Source: Lytechinus pictus
Lineage: Eukaryota
Direction: 5' to 3'
NCBI RefSeq assembly: GCF_037042905.1
Contig: NC_087262.1
Span: forward strand, 10,292,001 to 10,356,000
DNA: 64,000 bases
The translations under genes and the position numbers were made by a program. Of this stretch, positions 26,501-47,065 are shown piece by piece. The first letter of the stretch is position 1. Each line of letters opens with the position of its first letter. Below the pieces are notes generated by a model, which saw only the letters and a list, made by a program, of their open reading frames with translations, did no database searches and was not told the DNA's origin.

Positions 26501-29500
26501 AAGCAATGCATATCATAATATATTTTTATTCATCTAATGGCACATATTCGCATTTCATGTAATATGAATTACTATGTTTTGTATATTATCTCCTTCAGGT
26601 CTGAAGAACTATTGATCACAAAGGTTTATCTAACCGATGGAAAGACCCAATCGACTATCGCTATGACAGCTACAGATGACCCTAAAGATGTAGAGATAGC
26701 AGTTGGTGAGTATGGCAAGCCCCCTTTTCTGTTGGGGAGAGGGGGGGGCAGAATAACCCGTCTGATGGCACTTGCCCCTTCTATGCTAGCGCTGGCATTT
26801 ATTTTTTCATGAGGCTGATATGAACGATTGATCATACACAATAATCAATGTGATCAATCGTAGCATTACAAACAATCGCTACACTTTGTGTTAAGGGACC
26901 CAGAACAGTAAGGAGAAGCCCTAACCTTTTTTAAAGTACAAAATCCAGGATGTGTGTTTCAAGTTTGTGATCAAATTTTCCCTGCTCTCTCTCTTCACTT
27001 TGATGAAATGAAACAGGACTGATATAGAGAGCATAAGAAAATAAGAGCTTGGATTTTACAGTGATAATTATCATATATTGGTGTTTGTAATTTAACTTTT
27101 AAAAATCAATAACCTTTTCATAGCAAATGCTTCCATTTGTCTCTCTGTTTTAATATCTTTTCTCAGGAACCGATGATGATATTCTGTTGCTCCCGGAACC
27201 ACCTGCCAACAGAGATTATGATTCTGACGTAAGAATGTTTCCTCATAAAAGTGCCAAAGCCGCACCCTGTGGCATTAGCTTGAGATCCTGGGGCCAGTCT
27301 TACTAAAGAATGTGATTATGGGAAGCACGTTGGGAAATAATTCTTTGTGTATAGCAGCAAATATACCTACACCATAAAAAAAAAAACAAGGAGATTCAGG
27401 CTGATTGAGCAAATCACCCCAAAAAATGATGCATGCATGAGTATTAGTCCTTTAGAATTTAATGAACAGATGATTTCTAGAAAATATTAGCTTCACATAT
27501 TTGAAATAGTTTGTATATTCTTATCACTTTATTTTAGTTCCCTAATCACAACTCTTTGTAAGATAGGACCCAAAACTACTCAAAAAGTCTTCGCGTTTGT
27601 ACCTAGAATGCAATTTTATTGATCTCATCTTATACCAAATAGTATATTAAATTAACCTACTTCAATATTTTATAACATTCAAACCATACATAGTTTTGCC
27701 AAGATGCAAACAGATCACATACAGCCTCCAAACATTCTCCTTTTCTGGCGAAGATATAATGGTCATTGTAATATTCTCTAAATGTCAAAACATTTTTCCA
27801 TTTTTTTTTCAGTAAAAAGCTACATATTGTGACCAACTTATATTACAAGAGTCTATATAGAACTTACTATGTGACCTTAATTTTTCCTCCGGTTTTCCTT
27901 TGATCGTGGCCAATAGAAATGATTCTGTCTGGGCTTAGATGAAAATGTGTTGTGTTTTTTATAAAGTTCTTAACTTTTCTTACAAAAAAGCAGCAAATGA
28001 AAAGCGTTTATTACAGAATTAATAAATATTGTTTACCTGTGCACTAATAATTTAAGCAATTGCAAAGGATTTTAAATTGATTATTTATTGATATTTCAAA
28101 GCTTTCCTTACAATAATTCTTAAAATCTATAAAAGTGATGCAAGATTGCTCTCGTGACAATTGCTCTTGGCTTTAATTTCTCTGATACGAGTTGTGATAA
28201 GGGTTTTTGTTCAGAGTGTGAGGATTAAGATCAGCGTCAGGATTACAGCTTGAGTTCAAGATTTATGTTTGACCCAACAATAAAAGGCACAGGGGATGAC
28301 CATTATGCGCAATAAACATGTATTAACCACATGGAATTGAGTTGCCGAGGTGTTCGATAACTTTTTTCTTTCATGCCTCGCAAATTTGCAAATTCTGGAA
28401 ACTGGTAGAGTAAATGTACAGATTTTCCACGGGAGCAATTGTAGCCAGAGCAAATGCCACGTGTTTAGTGACAAATATCCTATTGATCTAATTGGGATAT
28501 CTACACATATTTATTCCTTAAACAGGAGGAAATGATGAATATCTACCCCTTTGATGAACCTGACGAAGAATACGAATTCAAAGTAGATATTGGCGAAGCC
28601 CCAGCATCACCCACCATTGAATCATCTCCAGAAAACCCAGTTCTGATACCATTTGCTGATTATGATTCAGAAGACACAAAAGACAAAGATGGAACGAAAG
28701 ATGAACCGAAGATGGAAGATCAAGAAGAGAGTTTGGGCTCTAAACCGAAACCGCCACCTGTTGCACCTAAACCTACAAATCAAACTCCTCAGGAGCCAAA
28801 TGCAGAGATTGATTCCTTGATGGCTGAAGACAGAGGTCATCATGATGATGTAGCTGATACAAAAGCAGCCCAAAATGAAGATACGTCTGGCTCCGCCAAG
28901 TCCAAGAATGGTCCCTCGTCTTTGATTGAGCCGTTTCCGCCAGTTGACTACCAAACTGAAACCACAAATACAGAGGACAAAGAGCAGAGTCCTGCTGTTG
29001 AACATGACAATGCGAACATTCCACCACCACCACCACTACCAATGCCTTTAGTCCAAGAAGTGCCTCTGGTTGATGATCAGGTCCAAGACCACCCGCTTCC
29101 TCCGCCGCCACCGCCTATTGTCCAACCTATTGTCCCGCCTATTGATTATGCTGATGGAAAGACTGTGACCTTTGGAGGGGAGACTGTGGTCGGAGAAGGC
29201 GCAGGAGACGGTGAGAGTACCACAGACCTGGAGACGGCCAGCGAGGCAAGCTCTCAAAGTGCCACTGCGGAGGAATTAAGTTCACCCAAACTACAACCAT
29301 CAAGGAGCCGTCCTCCTCTCACATCTGAAATTGAACTAGTCGCTGCCTCATTCAATGGTGATGTCTATCCTCATTCTAGGAAAGAAAATCCTGAGCTGTT
29401 GGCATCTCCTCAATCTACCTGTGGATCAGATGGTGAAAGTATTGGGCTTCTGGAAGACGAGTCCCTGATCAGCGTTGATGAGATTGGGACAAGCGGGATT

Positions 29501-29518
29501 GGGGTTACACAACTCTAG
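1127..29518 (+). CDS. Cadherin-related family protein (CDH23/PCDH15/CDHR2-like architecture), 5'-partial, 19 exons in window, about 1225 aa
   Basis: Exons 1127-1353, 2502-2675, 3635-3736, 5028-5151, 6768-7051, 9471-9617, 14045-14166, 15501-15628, 16541-16717, 17324-17475, 18607-18885, 19751-19839, 20621-20710, 21831-21905, 22272-22472, 23406-23552, 26599-26705, 27167-27228, 28526-29518 all have AG/GT borders and splice in frame. Cadherin motifs DYE, DINDNAPDF, DLNDNAPVF, LDRE, ATDDD; one TM helix; acidic/Pro-rich tail ending VTQL*. Orthology not determined. Confidence 0.9.
1748..1899. mobile_element. MITE with CACTG..CAGTG ends and TA duplication, nested in a Harbinger-like MITE
   Basis: TA|CACTGTAAAAAA..TTCTTGCAGTG|TA; internal inverted repeats; flanks match the family at 21473 and 58271. 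Confidence 0.75.
2502..2675 (+). CDS. cadherin exon (EC repeat)
   Basis: taag|GAA..ACG|gtaaat; YFNISNDSGAITTNHTFDYE. Confidence 0.88.
2900..3290 (+). mobile_element. tRNA-derived SINE with L2-like tail
   Basis: GTTCGAATCC B-box; ttggcaaggcg..ctcgacccaggtgctaaatgggtacc core; gtaaagcgccttgag..(ATT)n tail; homologous to 24640-25000. Confidence 0.75.
3635..3736 (+). CDS. cadherin exon (Ca-binding linker)
   Basis: gtag|GTT..GAA|gtatgt; IDITITDINDNAPDFSE. Confidence 0.9.
5028..5151 (+). CDS. cadherin exon
   Basis: ttcag|AGC..ACAG|gtatta; FSIDED..VGLIQTKDIDS. Confidence 0.85.
5721..6312. mobile_element. Kolobok-like non-autonomous foldback element (TTAA flanks)
   Basis: TTAA|AGGAGAATGAAAC..GTTTCATTCTCCT|TTAA; long internal inverted repeats; relative at 17931-18506. 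Confidence 0.8.
6768..7051 (+). CDS. cadherin exon
   Basis: ctag|AT..CAG|gtagtt; ITIMIEDLNDNAPVF..VDEDQ. Confidence 0.9.
7307..8727 (+). mobile_element. Helentron/HINE (DINE-1-like) non-autonomous element with internal 150-190 bp tandem array
   Basis: T-run, GTCTCATCTGC sub-TIR..GCAGGTGAGAC near the 3' end then CACTTGTT; about 8 catgaaacttggacataag units; shorter copies at 12245 and 59527. Confidence 0.75.
8933..9174. mobile_element. Palindromic MITE, CACTGCAAAAA ends, TA duplication
   Basis: TA|CACTGCAAAAAC..GTTTTTGCAGTG|TA; near-perfect arms of about 70 bp or more. Confidence 0.85.
9471..9617 (+). CDS. cadherin exon
   Basis: accag|GGG..GAA|gtgagt; GPYNNETIFSL..FQMSSDGTLTT. Confidence 0.85.
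9780..12000 (+). mobile_element. Decayed CR1/L2-group non-LTR retrotransposon (RT region), interrupted by an insertion
   Basis: Frameshifted motifs LKIAKVNPIFKK, NYRPISLLP..SKILEK, YQYGF, PQGSILGPL, FADDT, and after the insertion GPDIWNNL. Confidence 0.85.
11066..11802. mobile_element. Non-autonomous DNA element with 4-bp TSD (possibly Sola-like)
   Basis: AGTT|GGGCA..TGCCC|AGTT; internal ggttacggagtgac repeats; splits the LINE. Confidence 0.65.
13018..13124. repeat. (CTA)n microsatellite between N-gaps
   Basis: direct reading. Confidence 0.9.
14045..14166 (+). CDS. cadherin exon
   Basis: cccag|GTA..TC|gtaagt; VKIVAKDMGRPPLSSSKIVTVYV. Confidence 0.88.
15501..15628 (+). CDS. cadherin exon
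   Basis: atag|G..ATTG|gtagat; IEIEENSEE..CNDTDVEVDYEL. Confidence 0.8.
16541..16717 (+). CDS. cadherin exon with LDRE and RKRR
   Basis: cacag|GG..GAAG|gtaaac; KELDREFSSLYTVTLTA..TRKRRAAE. Confidence 0.88.
17324..17475 (+). CDS. cadherin exon
   Basis: tccag|TT..TCT|gtaagt; FTITVTDTLDSPP..IGSPIYTVS. Confidence 0.87.
17931..18506. mobile_element. Kolobok-like foldback element, same family as 5721-6312
   Basis: shared atcactaatgctatggagatcctc..ttggcaatgcgac arms; right end GTTTCATTCTCCT|TTAA. Confidence 0.75.
18607..18885 (+). CDS. cadherin exon (last EC repeat)
   Basis: ctcag|GCA..ACG|gtaatc; ATDDDA..ITINNSTGQIVT. Confidence 0.87.
18890..19200 (-). mobile_element. tRNA-derived SINE
   Basis: ggtacccattcacct core; ggattcgaa B-box; tccactgggcca A-box (reverse strand). 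Confidence 0.7.
19751..19839 (+). CDS. cadherin exon (membrane-adjacent domain)
   Basis: tccag|TTC..GG|gtaaat; FKILLSFEHIIIRFNKPV; phase fits neighbours. Confidence 0.8.
20621..20710 (+). CDS. cadherin exon (membrane-adjacent domain)
   Basis: tgcag|A..AAAGT|gtgagt; CIIEKMDLNITLQFL. Confidence 0.8.
20905..21055. repeat. (GAT)n-rich microsatellite next to N-gap
   Basis: direct reading. Confidence 0.85.
21473..21640. mobile_element. Harbinger/Tourist-like MITE
   Basis: GGGCACGGTTGCATAA..TTATGCAACGGTGCCC TIRs; relative at 58271-58429. Confidence 0.7.
21831..21905 (+). CDS. cadherin exon (membrane-adjacent domain)
   Basis: tacag|G..GA|gtaaga; TDMWVYGVD. Confidence 0.8.
22272..22472 (+). CDS. 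cadherin exon, transmembrane helix
   Basis: tccag|G..AA|gtaagt; AWVPIALGIIIFIGNLICIILLIVSWR. Confidence 0.9.
23406..23552 (+). CDS. cadherin exon, cytoplasmic, NPxY
   Basis: cgcag|T..GG|gtatgt; GIANPVYDV. Confidence 0.85.
23567..24142. mobile_element. Non-autonomous DNA transposon, CCCGGGGG ends, 8-bp TSD
   Basis: TTAAAGGC|CCCGGGGGGCCACTT..AAGTGGCCCCC..CGGG|TTAAAGGC; TIR about 45 bp. Confidence 0.85.
24640..25000 (+). mobile_element. tRNA-derived SINE, near full length
   Basis: tRNA-like head, ctcgacccaggtgctaaat core, gtaaagcgc..(TTA)n tail. Confidence 0.75.
26599..26705 (+). CDS. cadherin exon, cytoplasmic
   Basis: ttcag|G..GTTG|gtgagt; SEELLITKVYLTDGK. Confidence 0.8.
27167..27228 (+). 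CDS. cadherin exon, cytoplasmic
   Basis: ctcag|GA..GAC|gtaaga; TDDDILLLPEPPANRDYDSD; needed to restore phase. Confidence 0.78.
28526..29518 (+). CDS. cadherin terminal exon, acidic/Pro-rich tail with PDZ ligand
   Basis: aacag|GAG; 331 codons to TAG; ends GVTQL*. Confidence 0.9.
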   Translation, partial: EEMMNIYPFDEPDEEYEFKVDIGEAPASPTIESSPENPVLIPFADYDSEDTKDKDGTKDEPKMEDQEESLGSKPKPPPVAPKPTNQTPQEPNAEIDSLMAEDRGHHDDVADTKAAQNEDTSGSAKSKNGPSSLIEPFPPVDYQTETTNTEDKEQSPAVEHDNANIPPPPPLPMPLVQEVPLVDDQVQDHPLPPPPPPIVQPIVPPIDYADGKTVTFGGETVVGEGAGDGESTTDLETASEASSQSATAEELSSPKLQPSRSRPPLTSEIELVAASFNGDVYPHSRKENPELLASPQSTCGSDGESIGLLEDESLISVDEIGTSGIGVTQL

Positions 29519-32220
29519 TTACTTCGCAGTTAAGGCCAGTAAAATTATGCTTGACAATACAATACCTGATCAATGTCCCGTTACTAAATTCCTACTGTGT
29601 ATTATGTGATAGATCTTATCCCGTAGAGTGACCTAATGCCCATCCAGTGTTTCTTTATATTACTGTTTTTTGGAAACAAAACAAACATCTTACAAAGTCT
29701 CAATTAGAAAATATTCAATTCACAATGAAGCATGTTCAATGATTTCATTTTTCTTATGTATTCTTCTTATAAACATCGCTTTGGTTTGCTTGGACTTGAA
29801 AATATACAAATTTGTCAAAAAAGTTATTTTTATTGCTTTACTCCAATACTACATGTAGTATAAGATTAAAAAATTGAAAAGTATATCCCCAATGGCTATA
29901 AATTCATGGAGTAACTTTGTAGTGTTAAAAAATAAATAATAAACGTGTAATTCTTGTTAAAGAATGAAGTAAAATAGAGCGATCATCATATGAACTTCAT
30001 TTTTTCAATGATGTGAACAAAATTAGTTTTCTAAAAATGATATGTAAACAAAAAGAGGTCTGTTTGAGGTATTTTGATAGGGAACAAAACAACCCAAATG
30101 TGACCTCCCTTTTATGGAGAGCTTTTTCTATTTCTTCCTCTTTTGTTCTTTTATTTCTTCTCTTTTTTCCTTTCCTCCCCCTCTTTTCCAACTATTTGGA
30201 AATCGTAAAGAGGCAGACACTCCCTGCCTGTGTTACATAGTGCCATTCAAACAAGAAAGATAAGCTTTATAGAAAATAAAAAGAGAAAGATTCAATACTA
30301 TTTCACAGCCATCGTGGTAGAAGTGATCTATACTCTGATTTTTCTTTACAGCAGCAACATTCCTGCAATAAATAATAGAAAAGAATTCTTGCCAAATCCG
30401 TAATATTAATAAATTCATTTTACTCATCCGCAAGTGTGTATTATTTACTCTAGAATGCTAGACATGTACGTGTATTATGCTACTCAGTTCGTCTTAGATT
30501 TGATTCAAATAATTATTGATCGATATCAATTCCAGACTGTCATGCCCCATTGCAACCATTAACATGGACAAATGAATAATTTTGTAAACTCCATGTAGAA
30601 AGTTAGAGTTTACATACGCATCATGGGTGATAAAAAGCGTAGTGTCAGCCTTATTTTGTTGGTGTTCACATCGCCGAATTTTGCCCAGCACAGCACCTAC
30701 ATGTAACTTAAAATTTTCCTCTTTCAGGAGAGGGTGTGATATAATTTGTCATTTTATATACTGAAGGTACAATATAACCAATTTTAAATTTCTTTAGAAA
30801 ATGATATTTCGTTGATTTTTTTTAAATTCACGATGTATGGGAAGCCACTCGCATATGATGTCACAAATTAAAAAATTAAAATTCTAATAGCTTTTTAAAT
30901 TTTTGATGGATTTTCCTCAAACCTTCACCAATATTTATTTTCTGCTATTTTTACAATAAACTTTTTTTCAGGGTGAACTTCCCTTTTAAAGAGCCCATTT
31001 TTGTTTATTTGCCATATTGGTTTTATCTCAATCAGCAGTGAGAAGTGTAAAATTGACCCCCTGCCCCCTGTGTGCCCCCCCCCCCTCCTCATTGAGACCC
31101 ACCAGTCTACAGAAGAGAGCAATTTGAGTGATGTCTCTCTGTCATTTAATTTTCCATTTCCAACCATCATTTACAATAAGTTTTGTTACATACATCTTGA
31201 TATATAATCAATAAAACATGGAAACTTTATATGTATAATAATCAAGATAACCATGTATCAGGTTGGAAACGGAGGAAGCTGCTAAAAAGTGAAGCTTGTA
31301 GAATGCAGCCTCTCTGTCATGTCTTTGCTCATATTTTTGTTAATCATGCATGATAAAATCAATGGATTTCTTCACCTTATAATTTGAGTAGTATTGTTTG
31401 TGTGTTCATTAAAACAATATTTTCATTGGAAATATAGATATTTTTCAATACTCGAGATTTTCAAATAAATGCTGTAATGCAGTTTTTCATCCACCTGTGT
31501 TTCAATGTTTCAATTTCATTTGTTGATTTTTTTTATTTATCATAGCAAAAAGAGTTAAAATATACAATTGTGTAAACACTAGCACAAGCATCAAATATTC
31601 TCACACAATCGCATCCACACAATCACACAAATAAGCTTATCAATACCATCATGTCAATTAACATGAAAAACGCATTGTAAAGTAAGACTCGTAAATATTG
31701 TCACTATACCTTACAATTTTATATTTATTTACTGCTTTAATACACAATGATGTTTATCTGAATTAATAACCAATACACTTTTGCTTCCAAATACACATGG
31801 ATGTCATTACATATGTCACAAGGCTGAAAAACAATCTCCCACAAACTCCAACATATGTATACACACTCCTGTTCGAGCTTCATTATGAGGATGACCAGAT
31901 CTTTCCAGATCTTTCCAGAGCTAACAATCATGAAAGATTACCAACAGTCCTTTTCAGAACTAATACATTGTGTAACACTGTTAACCTATCGATGTATATA
32001 TCACTCCCATAAACTTTGTAAAAATTACTTCTCAGCTATTGACCTCTGTGCAAATTTGATGAATAGGTGTGAATTAGACCAATCTTTTCAGGCCTTATCT
32101 TACGACAAAGTTTCCCCTTGGTACAAATCAATTGCAAATTTTTGATCGATAGACAGATTGATAGCATACAGAAAAAACACTAAAAACTGAAATTTGACCA
32201 TTCTGACCAAAACTAATAAG

Positions 32221-32530
32221 GATAATAATAATAATATACAGTTATTGTATAGCGCATATCACATTATGAATAATGGCTCTATGCGCTCCCAAAGGACTTG
32301 GAAATTATTACCCCAGCTGTAGCTTGTCAGCCGTAATTACTCAGATTACAGTGCACACGCATTTCAAGGAATAAATTCCTGCCAGGTACCCATTTACCTC
32401 ACCTGGGTTGAGTGCAGCACAATGTGGATGAATTACTTGCTGAAGGAAACTACGCCATGGCTGGGATTTGAACCCACGACCCTCTGTTTCAAAGTCCGGA
32501 GACTAATCCACTGGGCCACAACGCTCCACA
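32221..32530 (-). mobile_element. tRNA-derived SINE
   Basis: (AAT)n tail, ggtacccatttacctcacctgggttgagtgcagcac core, gggatttgaaccc B-box, tccactgggccaca A-box. Confidence 0.8.
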
Positions 32531-32954
32531 CTACACTTGTCCGCAAACAGAATATCACAGTGTGCAACCTTTTGCAGGTTTTGACACACCAGAAAGGTAT
32601 TTCACAAAGAGTGAATATATGAGTTACATGTATGCTTCAAGGCAAACACACACGTTACTTAACGTGTAATCTAATTGACTGACATGCGATAACTAGTGCA
32701 CGTCCCGTGTGTATGATCTTGCCAATGCGGTGATGCGCTACATACTGCAAACAACTGAAATTTATGTGCGACTCTAGGTCACAATCAAATCTTTGTGAAA
32801 CCTCCCCCTGGTCATACAGGTATTTAGTTTAATGTTGAACTCCCACTTTGTTGACTTACTTTTCCGGTCTTTGCTATAAGAATAATTGGTTTATCTACAA
32901 TTCATCTAATTATATCGTGCAAGACCAAGTTGACATTAGACAAGATGGACAGCG

Positions 32955-33158
32955 ATACGACATTTCCTCCTGTGACAATTTCTCGGGGATTGATTTCGTC
33001 TAATATGTAGGGTTAGGGTTGCAATAGGGTTTAATCATAGGTTTACGGTAGGTTTAGGTTAGGGTATAGTGTTAAACCCAGGGCTGAAGTTGGTCATTCG
33101 AGTAGTGTGTGGAATTTAGGGCGGAGCAATTGTCGCCGGAGAAAATGTCCTGGAACCA
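32955..33158. mobile_element. MITE with telomere-like GGGTTA core
   Basis: gacatttcctcctgtgacaatt..aattgtcgccggagaaaatgtc TIRs; copies at 60202-60419 and 63833-64000. Confidence 0.7.
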
Positions 33159-33184
33159 GATCGGCATAGCTTTACAAGAAATTA

Positions 33185-33610
33185 GACCCTGTTCTCATTA
33201 AAGTCCTGAAACTAGTTTACTGGAAACAAGATTAGTGAAAACCAGTTTAGTGGAAACTGATTTAACATGTAATGAGAACACTCAAAGTGGTCTTGGAAGC
33301 GATATTTCAAACCAATTTGGAAAACCATCGTACGATGTGGTTTTCAGATTGCATTGCCTTGGTAATCTAGTTTAAGCATAAGTGAGGACACGCCCGTTCT
33401 TTGGGAAGAGATCTTTGCACATATTTGGCAGGCTACTCTCCACTCATGACATGAGAGCATTCCCGTAGCAACAGGACAGCTTTACGTGACGTGGTTTTGA
33501 AAACCACTTTCAGGCAATCACATGGGAACACTACCACAGCCATCTTCCAAACTGGTTTCCTGAACCAGTTTTGACTAAACTAGCTTTAGGATTGTAATGA
33601 GAGCAGGGTC
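33185..33610. mobile_element. PIF/Harbinger-like MITE, TTA TSD
   Basis: TTA|GACCCTGTTCTCATTA..TAATGAGAGCAGGGTC|TTA. Confidence 0.8.
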
Positions 33611-34114
33611 TTAGTATAGATCCTAAATAGGCCAACTGGCAATACACCAAATAGTTAGCAGACAAACTGGTTGTAGAAGAACTAGGGCGAGTCCTTGTGG
33701 TACAAGACCAACACAAACATAGACACAGTGGATGTAAATGCAATTTACCATCTTTCTCATTGTTAACATGATAGCGATGTTGTGTTTGGTCACAGGATGC
33801 TATGTTAACCAATCATTAAACAAGATTGAATATACAAAAAATGCAACATAAATTATCAATCCATAATTAATCTCATTCAAGTGCACTTACTCAATACACA
33901 AAAAGTATAAACTAATAGGATGTGTTGGAGGTGTAGTATGAAGCCTACCTGTGCGGTATAAGAGTAATCGTTGCTGTTGCTGCCAATGGTATTTGTTGTT
34001 GGTTGGTGCCGACAGACCACATGTCTACAGCGACCACTGGTTTGCTTTCCCTCGAGTAGTGTAACCCATTGGGACTCATAAGAACCTGTACATAAAGCCC
34101 AAATGCTCTTAGTG

Positions 34115-34457
34115 AACATTTTCTTGTCTCTGGAGTGGCCTATATATAGAGGTTTCCCTGTACGAAATACCACAGCGAGACTGGTTAATTTTCTTGTCTC
34201 CCTTATGTAGCCTTTATATAAAGGTTTCTCTGTACCTTGAAATACCACGGCGAGACTGGTTACTTTTCTTGTCTCCCTTAGGCGGTCTTTATATACAGAT
34301 TTCTCCTTACTTTGAAATACCACGAGACTGGCTACTTTTCTTGTCTCCCTTATAAAGCGGCCTTTATACAGATTTCTCCATACTTTGAAATAACATAACG
34401 AGTCTGGCTACTTTTCTTATCTCCATTGGGTGATCTCTATTATACAGGTTTCACTGT
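34115..34457. repeat. about 74-bp tandem array (5 units) just downstream of the COPS4 stop
   Basis: ttttcttgtctcc..aaataccacggcgagactgg recurs at about 34118, 34188, 34264, 34336, 34412. Confidence 0.85.
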
Positions 34458-34496
34458 GTTACAGTCCTTGTTCATAAGCACTCAGCGCCAATATAT

Positions 34497-46366
<11,870 letters not shown>

Positions 46367-46780
46367 GTTGAGCGAGACTGATCAATTTGTGAGAATGTAA
46401 TAATGTGATGATAAATTACACTTATAAAGAAAAGTTTTCTGCCAATAATAAAATACATTTTTAAAGCAAAATATTTTATTTATATCAAATTTGTGCCTAA
46501 CTTTATTCTTAGATAACACTTTTTAATATTTATTTATTATGCGAGGTTGTGTGGTAAAAACGTATGCGAAATACGAAGTGTACAATTACAATAGGCCGAA
46601 TGGAGAGAAGACCATTGATCGGCGCGTGATTTTGAACAAATGGATGGTAACGATGTCCTCGATTAAAGTAGGATTTTCTCATTAACCGTAAGATATTTTT
46701 TATCATCAGCTCATTGATATTACATGTATGGAAATGGTTAAATGTACTTTAAAGTTCCAAAGCGATTGGTCTATTATGAA
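46367..46780. promoter_or_regulatory. Probable shared bidirectional promoter of COPS4 and LIN54, with CDE/CHR element and CCAAT boxes
   Basis: GGCGCG(46621-26)-TGAT-TTTGAA(46631-36); CCAAT 46442-46; ATTGG 46765-69; candidate + strand donors at 46647 and 46688. TSS positions not visible. Confidence 0.6.
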
Positions 46781-47065
46781 TCAGTTTATTTGCAGTTTTA
46801 TTACGGCCCTGTGATATAAAATTGCTGCATCACTAAATCAATTCGCCACGTAAAAGGTGCTTGGGTGGAGAGCTTCGCTGTGATCGAAGCCGTGACCCCA
46901 CTCGATCGCGAGGACAATTTTGGCCGTGCTTGTCGGGGCAGTGAGTGTGTCTTGCCTGGTAGTTGACGGCCTCTGCATGGGTTAAACATGGCCTGGCCAG
47001 TGTATTGTTGGACACAGACTCTCCATGCTGTAGTCTACCATGGAGGACAATGCTTCATGTATGTT

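Noticed and set aside
33877-34457. 148 aa repetitive ORF or CRISPR-like array
   Set aside because: Diverged tandem repeat with no unique spacers, no cas genes, eukaryotic 3'UTR context.
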